Source of the DNA: an uncultured Planctomycetia bacterium
Lineage (GTDB): Bacteria > Omnitrophota > Gorgyraeia > 1-14-0-20-64-10
NCBI GenBank assembly: GCA_964373805.1
Contig: CAYJWF010000003.1
Coordinates: 23,001 to 87,000 of the forward strand
Reading direction: 5' to 3'
DNA length: 64,000 nucleotides
The notes under the pieces are model-generated. The model was not told where the DNA came from, made no database searches, and saw only the letters and a list, made by a program, of their open reading frames with translations. Position 1 is the stretch's first letter. Each line of letters opens with the position of its first letter. The position numbers and the translations under genes are program-made. Positions 39,221-48,471 of the stretch are shown in pieces.

Positions 39221-40149
39221 TGTGGGTCTGACGAGGGAGGGGATGTCTGGGGGGAAAGGCTGTTCATCTGCTCATGTATTTCCTCCAGACAATCCAGCAA
39301 TCCTTGCCCCATATCCAGGTAATAGTGGCTGACCAGCTTCTTCGCGATTTGAGGCCGAAAGGTATACGGAGTGACGGTATAGTGCGGGCTTTTGCCTTCC
39401 CTCTGTTGCGCAGGGTCGATGGGGCGAAACTCCACAAGGACATCTGACCCGACGATCTCTCGGATCATCTCCAGCAGATCTCGAACACGCAACGGATGAT
39501 GACCGGTTAAAACCACGTGTTCGTTCCGAAACGCAGGTTCAAGAACTTGCACGCTGGCACGAGATACATCGGCAACGTGGACGTACTCTCGCAGCTCATC
39601 GCCGGTACCCTGGAGGACCATGCGTCGGTCTCTTAAGGCCTGGATTAAATACTGTCGCACCCCATTGTCACTATCGGCTCGTCTTCCATAGATAGATCCG
39701 TAACGCAGAATCGTGTAATCGAGGCCAAACCATCGTTGGTACTCTTCCACGTAGAGTTCACAAGCTTGCTTGCTTGCCCGATAAAATCCGCCCGAATGTC
39801 CAGAGACATAGATCGTGCTGGCAAAGATGTATCTTTTCAGAGACGCGCGACGCGCCTCTTCCAAAAGAATGGCATTGCCCAAGATATTGTTCCGGACCGT
39901 CTCAACGGGATGTTCCTGTGCCTGATCGAGATCGGCAAGGCCTGCAAAATTGTAGGCGACCTCTTGTTTCTCCAGGATTCGCCGGACGGCTGCAGCATCC
40001 AGGATATCCCCCTGGACAAACCTTTGTCCCTGCCTCAAATAGGGAGAAGGCCTTAGGTCATAGATCGTCACTTCATGGCCTGCCTCCAAGAGTGCATCCG
40101 CTACATGACTTCCGAGGAAGCCGGACCCGCCAAACACAACCGCTTTCAT
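39217..40149 (-). CDS. NAD-dependent epimerase/dehydratase (SDR)
   Basis: VFGGSGFLGSHV and YRASK motifs. Start at internal ATG (MKAVVFGG) at 40149 in ATGA overlap. Track ORF extends to 40302. Confidence 0.7.
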   Translation of the reverse strand: MKAVVFGGSGFLGSHVADALLEAGHEVTIYDLRPSPYLRQGQRFVQGDILDAAAVRRILEKQEVAYNFAGLADLDQAQEHPVETVRNNILGNAILLEEARRASLKRYIFASTIYVSGHSGGFYRASKQACELYVEEYQRWFGLDYTILRYGSIYGRRADSDNGVRQYLIQALRDRRMVLQGTGDELREYVHVADVSRASVQVLEPAFRNEHVVLTGHHPLRVRDLLEMIREIVGSDVLVEFRPIDPAQQREGKSPHYTVTPYTFRPQIAKKLVSHYYLDMGQGLLDCLEEIHEQMNSLSPQTSPPSSDPQ

Positions 40150-40937
40150 TGTTCTGCTGCCTTCACGACTTGTCCCGTGTTCTCCAAGGCTGGTTTGACT
40201 CCGTGGGCTTTTAACCAGAACTCCACCAATGGAATCTGCCATTCGTAGTCCACATCGAGGCCCCCCCATTGCCTGAGCGGCCAAATTTTCTGTCCCATCC
40301 ATCTTTGCGGGAGCAACCCGCTCTTTAGATTTTCGAGGCAGCGTGGCCTGACGACAGACACTCCCATGTCTGCAAAATAGACATCCCCTTGCGAATCCCT
40401 GTCACAGCTTAAAGTGGTCGGATCTCCCCAGGCCTCAAACGGTACGAATGGATGGAGCAAACCGTCGGAGCCTAGTCGGCGTGCTCGGGGTGGACTCCAC
40501 ATGTTATAGACCGACACCGATACCGCAGAATCAATCTCTGGGCGTTTTCTAAGGACATCCACTCCTTCATCAATTAATGCCGAGGTAACCGTCGGGGCGT
40601 TGCAGAACAATAACACCATCAGCTCCAGATGCTTCCCCTCAGCCATCAGCTCATTACGGATGATCTGGTAACCGTGGACAAAGGCCTCTTCGCCTAGAGC
40701 TTCTTGAGTAGCCAGATGAGGTGGTCGATCGAGGATTCGTGCGCCGTATTGAATCCCAATCGCCTTGATGAGGTCAGAATCCGTGGACACAAAAACGCGA
40801 TCTACGCTCCGGGCCCCTTGTGATGCCAGCAGAGGATAAACCATAAGGGGGCGGCCAAGGATGGGAGTGAGATTCTTTCCCGGAAACCCCCTGCTTCCTT
40901 CCCGGCCTATAAGGAGCGCACAGATCATAGCTCTCAT
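40146..40937 (-). CDS. acylneuraminate (nonulosonic acid) cytidylyltransferase family protein (CTP_transf_3)
   Basis: ICALLIGREGSRGFPGKNLTPILGRPLMVYPL matches the NeuA/PseF/KdsB N-terminal glycine-rich nucleotide-binding motif. ATGA overlap at 40937. Confidence 0.7.
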   Translation of the reverse strand: MRAMICALLIGREGSRGFPGKNLTPILGRPLMVYPLLASQGARSVDRVFVSTDSDLIKAIGIQYGARILDRPPHLATQEALGEEAFVHGYQIIRNELMAEGKHLELMVLLFCNAPTVTSALIDEGVDVLRKRPEIDSAVSVSVYNMWSPPRARRLGSDGLLHPFVPFEAWGDPTTLSCDRDSQGDVYFADMGVSVVRPRCLENLKSGLLPQRWMGQKIWPLRQWGGLDVDYEWQIPLVEFWLKAHGVKPALENTGQVVKAAEQ

Positions 40938-42955
40938 CCTTCTTCGGAAAGCGACCGCGCTAACCCGATCGAGAAAGCCTCCATCAAATCGGGAGGGCCA
41001 AGCGTGACTCGGATGCAGTTGGCCAAACAAGGGGAATCAAAAGGCCCTTTAACCAAATAGCCGTGATAACGGAGTCTTTCTACTAATTGCGATGGGTCAC
41101 AGCGGCCTGCAACGCGCAGCAGCATGAAGTTCGTGTGGGTGGGCAGAGGAATCAACCCTAAGGCCTGGGCCCGTTTCGCCAGCCATTGTCCACCTGCTTC
41201 GACTTGGGCGACATAGTCGTCCATGATCTGAGGCTGCTTGAGGAGTTGACCTAGGCACATAATGGCTATGCTGTTGATATCATGGACTGACCGTACCTTA
41301 GAAAGATGGCTCATGACTTCAGGGTGTCCAGCAGAAAAGCCGATCCGTAGGCCTGCCAGTCCGGCTGCCTTGGAGAAAGACCGGATCGCCACCAGATGAG
41401 GGAATCGTTTAATCCAGGGAAGTATCGTGGTACGAGAGAATGGATAGTAGGCTTCATCAACCACCAGCAAGGCTCCTACCGAGGCTGTCCGATCAGCTAA
41501 CTGAAGCAGAACATCTTCCCCTAAGAGAGTTGCCGTTGGCTGGTTCGGGTTAGCGATCATGACCAAACGGACTCCTTCTGACACGCTACGGACCAATTGC
41601 TCGCCGTCCAGTACAAGGCTTTCGTTAAAGGAGATCTTCCGAGCCTTTGCATGAAACATCTGTGCATAAACCTCGTACATCGCGTAACTGGGATCCAGCA
41701 TCACCACGGTATCCCCTGGCTGGACGTAGGCTTGATAAAGGGCCTTAATGGCGGCATCGGATCCTGCCGTTAAGAGAAGCTGCTCTTCTGGGATGCCAAG
41801 CCATGCGCTCAACTGTTGGTAAAGCCCATGGGTGACGGGGTAATGGGTAAGCAACCGACTATGAAAGGATTGGCGCAGGGCGGTCATGAACTGTTCGGGT
41901 AACGGCTGCTGTCGCTCATTTCGATTCAGCCGGATGAGATTCTCCTGGGCACTTGGCTCCGGAGTCCGGTACAGCCCACTTAATCCAGGTACCGGCAGTG
42001 GGAGGGTCTTGGGACTCTCCACCGGAACGGGACCGGTTTCTGAGAACTTTGTGGCAACAGAAAAGATGGTATCGCAAAGCCAACGGGTTTTCAGACATCG
42101 GGCATATTCTTGATCGAGTTTCCAGTCGAATAGGTGGCTGTACTTGCCTTTCCCTCCCGGCTGTCCGGTGAGGAGCCAATGGATGTGATTGGAAAGATCG
42201 TAACGTTGCTCGGGAAACATTTTAAAACGAAAACCGGCCTGTTCCAAAACCCTGGCTAGCGTCCTGTGCGAGTAGTTGAAATAATGGGCCTTCTGCCAAT
42301 AGAACCGGTCGAAACTTTCCAGTTGGTAGAATCGCACTAAGGCGTCGTCTACGTTGGGCACTTCCATCGCCAACAGTCCCCCAGGCTGAAGCATATCGCG
42401 GAATTTGGCCAAACTTCTAACCGGTCTCTGCAGATGCTCGATCACATAGTAGGCCAGGATGAGATCAAAGCGTTCTTTCGCCACCTCATAAAGATTCGAA
42501 ACCGTCCGGATTCCCCGCCGATTGGCGTAATCCGCATAAAGCTTACCAGGTTCCACGCCAGTAATCGATGCCACGTAAGGCTCGACGGCAGCCAGCAGGA
42601 AACCGGTTGAACTTCCAATCTCAAGGACTCGCATGCTTGAACGCAGGTACGGCTGCAAGTGAACCAAACGGCGTTTTGCCTCCGCTTGGTTTTTCTTGAA
42701 GTGCTCTTCGGGCTCTGTCTCGCCAGGTCCTCCCCTCTCCTTCATGTAGTGCGCAAATTCAGCGCTGTAGAACTGCTTCTCCTCCTCTTCCATCATGGTC
42801 GGATGAATGAAGACAATCTCACAGGCGCTGCATCGACAGACAAAGGACCCGGGCATTCCCCAGACGGTATCGGCGATGCGATAGCGTGTTCCCCCATCTT
42901 GACAGAGCGAACATGGGATATCGACCTTGGGAGCCGTGTTGCTCCAGTTGGGCAT
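40934..42955 (-). CDS. bifunctional fusion: Zn-ribbon SAM-dependent methyltransferase (N) + class I/II PLP-dependent aminotransferase (C)
   Basis: N-terminus has CSLCQDGG...CRCSACEI then LEIGSSTGFLLAA motif I and LILAYYVIEHL. C-terminal ~370 aa has VVDEAYYPF and the SFSKAAGLAGLRIGF PLP-Lys motif, as in histidinol-phosphate/aspartate aminotransferase-like enzymes. Confidence 0.7.
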   Translation of the reverse strand: MPNWSNTAPKVDIPCSLCQDGGTRYRIADTVWGMPGSFVCRCSACEIVFIHPTMMEEEEKQFYSAEFAHYMKERGGPGETEPEEHFKKNQAEAKRRLVHLQPYLRSSMRVLEIGSSTGFLLAAVEPYVASITGVEPGKLYADYANRRGIRTVSNLYEVAKERFDLILAYYVIEHLQRPVRSLAKFRDMLQPGGLLAMEVPNVDDALVRFYQLESFDRFYWQKAHYFNYSHRTLARVLEQAGFRFKMFPEQRYDLSNHIHWLLTGQPGGKGKYSHLFDWKLDQEYARCLKTRWLCDTIFSVATKFSETGPVPVESPKTLPLPVPGLSGLYRTPEPSAQENLIRLNRNERQQPLPEQFMTALRQSFHSRLLTHYPVTHGLYQQLSAWLGIPEEQLLLTAGSDAAIKALYQAYVQPGDTVVMLDPSYAMYEVYAQMFHAKARKISFNESLVLDGEQLVRSVSEGVRLVMIANPNQPTATLLGEDVLLQLADRTASVGALLVVDEAYYPFSRTTILPWIKRFPHLVAIRSFSKAAGLAGLRIGFSAGHPEVMSHLSKVRSVHDINSIAIMCLGQLLKQPQIMDDYVAQVEAGGQWLAKRAQALGLIPLPTHTNFMLLRVAGRCDPSQLVERLRYHGYLVKGPFDSPCLANCIRVTLGPPDLMEAFSIGLARSLSEEG

Positions 42956-42957
42956 CG

Positions 42958-44046
42958 TTAGGAACCCTTCCTCGCCGGCTCAAGCCGCGAGATAGGCGCC
43001 TGAGAGAGGAGCTCCTGAGGATTGATCGGCCTTTTTTGACTAGTACAGAGACGAGCCGCCTCCAGGACAGCCAAGGTTCGAAGATTGTCCCAGGCGGGAG
43101 AGATGAGGGGCTCTGCTTGGGTTATCGCCGCATAAAAATTTCGCAATAGGGCCAGGTCCGAAAGATCGTATTGACCATTCCGGTCTCGGATCCTGACCTC
43201 TGAGGTCAAATCCACCGGCTTCTCATCGCCAGACCGCGAGAGATGAAGCGGCGGCTCACTGTATTCGCTTTCGTTAAACAAGGTTCCCAGCTCTCCCTCC
43301 ACCTGGAGGCTCTCCAGAGGTAGATGGCCATTTCGAGAAGAGAGTGTGGCCACGTAGCTTATCCCTACCCCTGCCTCTGTCTCCATCCAGAGCTGCATGC
43401 TGGAAGGGTATCGATAGCGACTCCAGATTGGCCGAAACGCGTGACCCTCCACCTGAATAATCTCCTGACCGAGGATGTATCGAAACAGGTCGAAGTGATG
43501 GATGGACATAGAAAACAGCAAGGGATCCGGTTCTTCAAACAGGTATCCTGGTAGATGGGACAGCTCTCGGTTGCGCAGATACCGAAAGAAGATGTGGGAG
43601 ACCTGACCGATGGCCTCCTCCGCAATCGCTTTTCGCAGCGCCTGGCCTACCGATTTTACTCGCCAATTCTGAACCACACCCAACACCCGGTGGCTTCGTT
43701 CAGCCAGTTGAGCCAAGCGAGCGCCATCCGAGAGATTTGTCACGAACGGCTTCTCCACCAGAACGTGGCAATTGGCCCGCAACCCTGCTTCTACGGTCGC
43801 GCCATGAGCATCGTTGGTGTTGCAAACGATCAATACATCCGGCTGGGTCTTTCTTAATAGATCATCCAGGTCACCGTATCTCTCTTGAGAGGAGATCAGT
43901 TCCATGGCCTGAGCGCGATCCAGCTCTTTCGGGTTGATATCCTGCACGCCTACCAAAATGAAACTGTCCGTTTGGCGTAGATGCCGCTGCCAGGCCGTTC
44001 GACTTCGGTTTCCCGAACCGGAAATGGCGACTCGCAACTGGGTCAT
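42958..44046 (-). CDS. Gfo/Idh/MocA family NAD(P)-dependent oxidoreductase
   Basis: N-terminal Rossmann (VAISGSGN), conserved EKP motif (VLVEKPF), C-terminal alpha/beta domain. Typical of sugar-nucleotide 3-dehydrogenases. Confidence 0.7.
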   Translation of the reverse strand: MTQLRVAISGSGNRSRTAWQRHLRQTDSFILVGVQDINPKELDRAQAMELISSQERYGDLDDLLRKTQPDVLIVCNTNDAHGATVEAGLRANCHVLVEKPFVTNLSDGARLAQLAERSHRVLGVVQNWRVKSVGQALRKAIAEEAIGQVSHIFFRYLRNRELSHLPGYLFEEPDPLLFSMSIHHFDLFRYILGQEIIQVEGHAFRPIWSRYRYPSSMQLWMETEAGVGISYVATLSSRNGHLPLESLQVEGELGTLFNESEYSEPPLHLSRSGDEKPVDLTSEVRIRDRNGQYDLSDLALLRNFYAAITQAEPLISPAWDNLRTLAVLEAARLCTSQKRPINPQELLSQAPISRLEPARKGS

Positions 44047-44984
44047 AAAGCAAACTTCTGGTGTGTGCGGGCCCAGTTCACCATTCGGCAGATGCCATCC
44101 CGGAGAGGGACCCGCGGTTCCCAGCCCAACCCCTTCCGGATAGCTCGGATATCGGCGAAAATAACCTCCTGGTCTCCAGGCGTCGCCTCTATTTGTCTGA
44201 TCGGATAATCTTCATGGAGTCCCATGGCCATGAGCAGTTCGGCAATTAAGGCGCGAACCGAAGTCCGACAGCCGCCGGCCACGTTCAAGACGCCTTTTGC
44301 CGGTCCTTCAAGCGCCATCTCCCAGGCGGTGACGACATCCTCTACATAAACGAAATCACGTATTCGATCCAAGGAACCCTTCACGATCAAGGGTTCCTGT
44401 TTGAGCAGATAGGCCAGATAGATGCTGACCATCCCCTGCTTCTGATCTTCTAGGTTTTGGCCAGGGCCGTAGACGCTGAACATGCGCAAGGAACATGTTC
44501 GCAATCTTTGGGCGGTGACGACTCGCAGGATCTGTTCAGCGCTGTGTTTCGATGCGCCGTAGTAAGATATCGGTCTTGGGTGGGTCACCTCTGAAACAGG
44601 TTGATCGCCCACGAGCCCGTAAACGGCCATAGAGCTGGCGTGCAGGAACGTGGGGATACCCTGTTCGATGGACCAAAGGGCCAAAGAAAGTGTCGAGCGA
44701 GCATTGGCATCGAAGTCATCCAAGGGATCTTCAAAGGATTTTTCGCCAGAGGATTGGCCCGCCAGGTGACAGACAGCCTTGTAAGGCCCACGGGGTAGTT
44801 CATGGGTGGAATCGGGCCTTCTCAGATCAACCTTAAGAAACTCTGCTTCCGGTGGAACGTTCTCTTTCGAGCCCGTGGAAAGATTATCTACGATGGTGAC
44901 GGAGTAGCCTTTCAAGATCAGTCGCCGTGCCAGATGGGATCCAATAAACCCCGCCCCTCCCGTGACCAAAATACGTCCTCGCAT
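44043..44984 (-). CDS. NAD-dependent epimerase/dehydratase (SDR)
   Basis: VTGGAGFIGSHL and YGASK motifs. Start at internal ATG (MRGRILVTGG). Track ORF extends to 45056. Confidence 0.7.
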   Translation of the reverse strand: MRGRILVTGGAGFIGSHLARRLILKGYSVTIVDNLSTGSKENVPPEAEFLKVDLRRPDSTHELPRGPYKAVCHLAGQSSGEKSFEDPLDDFDANARSTLSLALWSIEQGIPTFLHASSMAVYGLVGDQPVSEVTHPRPISYYGASKHSAEQILRVVTAQRLRTCSLRMFSVYGPGQNLEDQKQGMVSIYLAYLLKQEPLIVKGSLDRIRDFVYVEDVVTAWEMALEGPAKGVLNVAGGCRTSVRALIAELLMAMGLHEDYPIRQIEATPGDQEVIFADIRAIRKGLGWEPRVPLRDGICRMVNWARTHQKFAL

Positions 44985-44997
44985 TATGGGGTTCCTT

Positions 44998-45873
44998 TCA
45001 CTCCATGTCCTTGATCGACAAGAGGTCCCCGACGGTTTTCCCTTTGGGGTACTCAACGTTATCCAGATGAACCTGAGCCAGGATATCGTTAGGCAAATCC
45101 ATTAGGGTATCCGTCTTGCCCGAAGGCGTATCTCCCTTGCCGAGATAAACCACACAGTAACAGACCGACTTTACGGGCAAAATGGCAGATTCAGGTGGCT
45201 TCCCATAGTAACCGATAGCGACCAGGGTGCGAGGTCTTGGTTCCAACCCGTTATGGAGGAATTCAAATATGGCCTGAGGGTTGCTCAAGACGTAAGGGAC
45301 GACGGTCTGGCCTTCATGGATCGGATCCGCTGTTGGAAACCGCTTCTTCAACACCATGTGCGATGTCGATAGTTCGTATTGATAGGGAACCGATACAAGA
45401 CGAGGCAGGTCAAGGACACAACCCTTGGCGGCTACACGGTATAGTTCCTGGACGATCCTTTGATAATTCGGGTTATGGTTCAGCACCCCTGTGCACACCG
45501 CCAGATCAAAGCTTCCATCCGGGAAGGGTAAATGGGAGCCATCGTTAACTTCAAACTGTACCGACGGATAAAAGGACCTGGCCTTCCGGATCATTTCGGG
45601 TGAGACATCAAGCCCCACATAGCGAATCCTCCGATTTAGAGTTTGGAGAAGGCTTAGGAATCCTCCTGCTGCGCAACCGAAATCCAGGATGCTGGCGCAG
45701 TTTTTAAGGGCCGGCATGAGGAGTGCGCGCTCTGAGTCGTAAAGGTCACCGACGTTTCGGCGCTCCTTCGCATAGTATTCGACGATATTCGATTGAGACC
45801 AGGCGGTGAAATTGTTCTCAGCCTGTGAAACGGGATTCATAGGCTTGTCATCCATTCCGGTGAAATAAAACAT
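44998..45873 (-). CDS. class I SAM-dependent methyltransferase
   Basis: LDFGCAAGGFL motif I, acidic GLDVS, LAVCTGVLNH. Strong AGGGAG Shine-Dalgarno 6 nt upstream of the start at 45873. Confidence 0.7.
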   Translation of the reverse strand: MFYFTGMDDKPMNPVSQAENNFTAWSQSNIVEYYAKERRNVGDLYDSERALLMPALKNCASILDFGCAAGGFLSLLQTLNRRIRYVGLDVSPEMIRKARSFYPSVQFEVNDGSHLPFPDGSFDLAVCTGVLNHNPNYQRIVQELYRVAAKGCVLDLPRLVSVPYQYELSTSHMVLKKRFPTADPIHEGQTVVPYVLSNPQAIFEFLHNGLEPRPRTLVAIGYYGKPPESAILPVKSVCYCVVYLGKGDTPSGKTDTLMDLPNDILAQVHLDNVEYPKGKTVGDLLSIKDME

Positions 45874-46675
45874 TGGAAGCTCCCTTAAATTGCGGATGAA
45901 GATGTCCGTACCGGTAAGGGTAGCAGGCTGCTTCTTTAAAACCCCGATCCGACAAGAAGGTTCGAACCAAAGAAGATTGAGGATGGGCCTCGTCCAATTC
46001 TACTAAAAGGCTCTTTACGCTCCGGAGGCTCCCTTCGGCGCCCTGAAGGATAATCAACTCGGTTCCATCCACATCCAGCTTTAGGTGAGTTGGGGCGGGC
46101 AGCTTAAATTGCTCAACGAGGGTATCCAGGTCAAACGTTAATACAGCCGCGCTCGCGGCAGGATGAAAATCCCTGCCCCGGTAATCCTTCGCCTCGCCCA
46201 AGGCATGCAGGGCGCCTCCCGGCGTCAGATTCGCGTAATGAAAAGTGTCCAAACCTGTGGTGTTGGCCAAGGCAACGGGCAATGGCGTTACCCATCGTTC
46301 GAATCCGTTTAACGTCAGATTCGAGAGTAAACGGGCAAAATTGAATGCACTCGGTTCAATCGCCACAACCCGGACGAGTTCCTTCCAGTAAGAAGCGGCC
46401 ACCAGCGTGTAGGTTCCCACGTTTGCGCCGATGTCGTAGAAGACATCCCCCTTTTCCATCTCGCGTTCAATCCAGGCGACCATCTCCGGTTCCTTGCGAC
46501 AGGCATGTAACCGAGTGTGGTATTCCACTTCCGAGGAAACCCCTAATCGGATGGCGTGTCGATCGTAATCGAGCAGCCCGATGACTTGTCCCGGAAGGCC
46601 CAGCCGAAAATGAAGCTTGGCAGAAACACGTCTTAGATACCTGGAGATCGCTTCCACCATCGGTTTCCTAGACAC
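45848..46675 (-). CDS. FkbM family methyltransferase
   Basis: FYDIGANVGTYT motif diagnostic of FkbM-type O-methyltransferases. Confidence 0.7.
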   Translation of the reverse strand: MSRKPMVEAISRYLRRVSAKLHFRLGLPGQVIGLLDYDRHAIRLGVSSEVEYHTRLHACRKEPEMVAWIEREMEKGDVFYDIGANVGTYTLVAASYWKELVRVVAIEPSAFNFARLLSNLTLNGFERWVTPLPVALANTTGLDTFHYANLTPGGALHALGEAKDYRGRDFHPAASAAVLTFDLDTLVEQFKLPAPTHLKLDVDGTELIILQGAEGSLRSVKSLLVELDEAHPQSSLVRTFLSDRGFKEAACYPYRYGHLHPQFKGASNVLFHRNG

Positions 46676-48471
46676 CCGTCGCTCTGCAGGGCTATTTCTT
46701 CTGTGAGCCTTTTCGTCCAGTCATCCAGCCAGTTTTTCTTTTCACGCGCGTAGCGATCCACAAAAATGCTTCGGGCCTGTTGGATCTCTTGGCCTCTCCA
46801 CCACAGCTCGGGGTCATGACAAATCGCCTTGACCTTGACCGCTGCCTCTTCAGGTGAATTCCACAGGATACCAGCGCGACGGAGTTCTTCGAAATAAGGA
46901 ACGGCTTCATCTCGTATCTCCCACCTCTGAGGATCCCAGAACATCACTGTCGGAACATTCGCTGCCAAGATTTCTAAAAGGGGAGTGGATAAATGGTCAA
47001 CGACAACGAGACGGCTTTTCCGAAGGCTCCGACAAAACGGAGTGCCATTGCCGTCCCAACGCAATTCGGGAAACTCTGTGGAGTACCACTCTCGGAGCTT
47101 GTGCCCAAAGTGATGCCGATGGGGCCGAAAAAGGATAAGCGCACGCAGCGGATTGGGAAGCGCTCTTAAAAAACGAAGTTGCCAATCAAAATATTCCTGG
47201 AGCTGTGTTCCTTGGGGCGAAGAGTAGAAGCGGTAGAGATATCGAGGATTGGTTGTGGCAACAAAAAGGACACCCCGCATCTTCTGAGGATCCCGATGGC
47301 CCAGCCGATTCGTCAAGGAAGAAATTTGGAGAGAAGGTACGTTCTGCAGGTGTCCCTTCTTCTGATCGGCCCATCCCCATACGAGAAAAGAGTCCGATAC
47401 ACAGCGCTCATGTTGTTCCATCGGGGCCGCACGGTAGATCCCGTATCCGCCTCCATGTTGAACAGCGACCAACCGGCGTCCTTTTAGCTGGGCCTCCGCG
47501 GCCAGGAATTTGAACGGTTCGTTAAAATACCAGCCGTTTCCCGATACAATTACAGACGGAATTCTAGGGTTTTTTCTAAGCAGCTCCTTATGGGCTTGAT
47601 GGAATCCTTCACAATAGAGGGTCGGGAAATTCTTTGGCAGGGAGTTCACAAAGACAGATTCGAACCCGTTGACTGTAGGAAGTGCGGCAAGCCCATTCCG
47701 GCGGTGGTCAAAGATCGGGTTCCACGTGGTCTGGGTCCATCCACCCCTTGGCTTTAAGGGCAGGGCTCGCAGGCCACTGCGCCAGGCCAGGGTCCATGCC
47801 GTGATGCTGGAAACAGCGAGGTCACAAAGAGCGACCTCACATCGGCGACTCAAGAGTCCTTGGGCAACGTCCTCTAGCTGGTCAAGGCTCCGCCGGACTG
47901 CAACCTTTACCCAACCGGATCCAGCGGCTCTCAGCGTGGGCTTTTTCTTCACGGCCCAGTCGGGTTGCAGCTTTTGAGCTGGAAAGAAAAGCCCCATGGC
48001 TTGGAACAATTGAGAAAAGATCTGAAGATTATACGGATCCTCCCGGATGGAATCGATGTACTCCGATGTGTCCTGGGGGACATGGAACGATTGAGGGTCC
48101 AAAACAATCGTCTGCCATTTTGGATATTTATCGTAGGCCTCTAGGAGATGCATGTACCTATCGTAGGCAGCGTGAAGATAGTGAAAGAGCCATGGCCCTA
48201 CGAGTATCCGCCAATACCGACGATTAAAGCTCACTTGATGAACCCCGTTCAAGTAATCGCTCAAGTCAACCAGCATACGCTCATAGCATTCCTCGAGATA
48301 GCGGGTCGCGTGGAGGTGCCGGCTTCGATCATCCCAAGGGCTTGGCATCACCCGATACCGAAGAGGGTTCCACTCCGAGCGCCTGTCGTATCGAAGACAC
48401 CAAGAACCCAGGAAGAGGATTTCTTGGTTCTTATCCCAGAATTGGCTCAGCGCGGTTGTTGCCAGAAACAT
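46633..48471 (-). CDS. hypothetical protein, paralog B of the three-member family (putative transferase, LIC12162-like?)
   Basis: 612 aa. N-terminal EILFLG and central PSVIVSGNGWYFNEPF...RLVAVQHGGGYG block align with 37094..39220 and 61727..63808. Confidence 0.5.
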   Translation of the reverse strand: MFLATTALSQFWDKNQEILFLGSWCLRYDRRSEWNPLRYRVMPSPWDDRSRHLHATRYLEECYERMLVDLSDYLNGVHQVSFNRRYWRILVGPWLFHYLHAAYDRYMHLLEAYDKYPKWQTIVLDPQSFHVPQDTSEYIDSIREDPYNLQIFSQLFQAMGLFFPAQKLQPDWAVKKKPTLRAAGSGWVKVAVRRSLDQLEDVAQGLLSRRCEVALCDLAVSSITAWTLAWRSGLRALPLKPRGGWTQTTWNPIFDHRRNGLAALPTVNGFESVFVNSLPKNFPTLYCEGFHQAHKELLRKNPRIPSVIVSGNGWYFNEPFKFLAAEAQLKGRRLVAVQHGGGYGIYRAAPMEQHERCVSDSFLVWGWADQKKGHLQNVPSLQISSLTNRLGHRDPQKMRGVLFVATTNPRYLYRFYSSPQGTQLQEYFDWQLRFLRALPNPLRALILFRPHRHHFGHKLREWYSTEFPELRWDGNGTPFCRSLRKSRLVVVDHLSTPLLEILAANVPTVMFWDPQRWEIRDEAVPYFEELRRAGILWNSPEEAAVKVKAICHDPELWWRGQEIQQARSIFVDRYAREKKNWLDDWTKRLTEEIALQSDGCLGNRWWKRSPGI

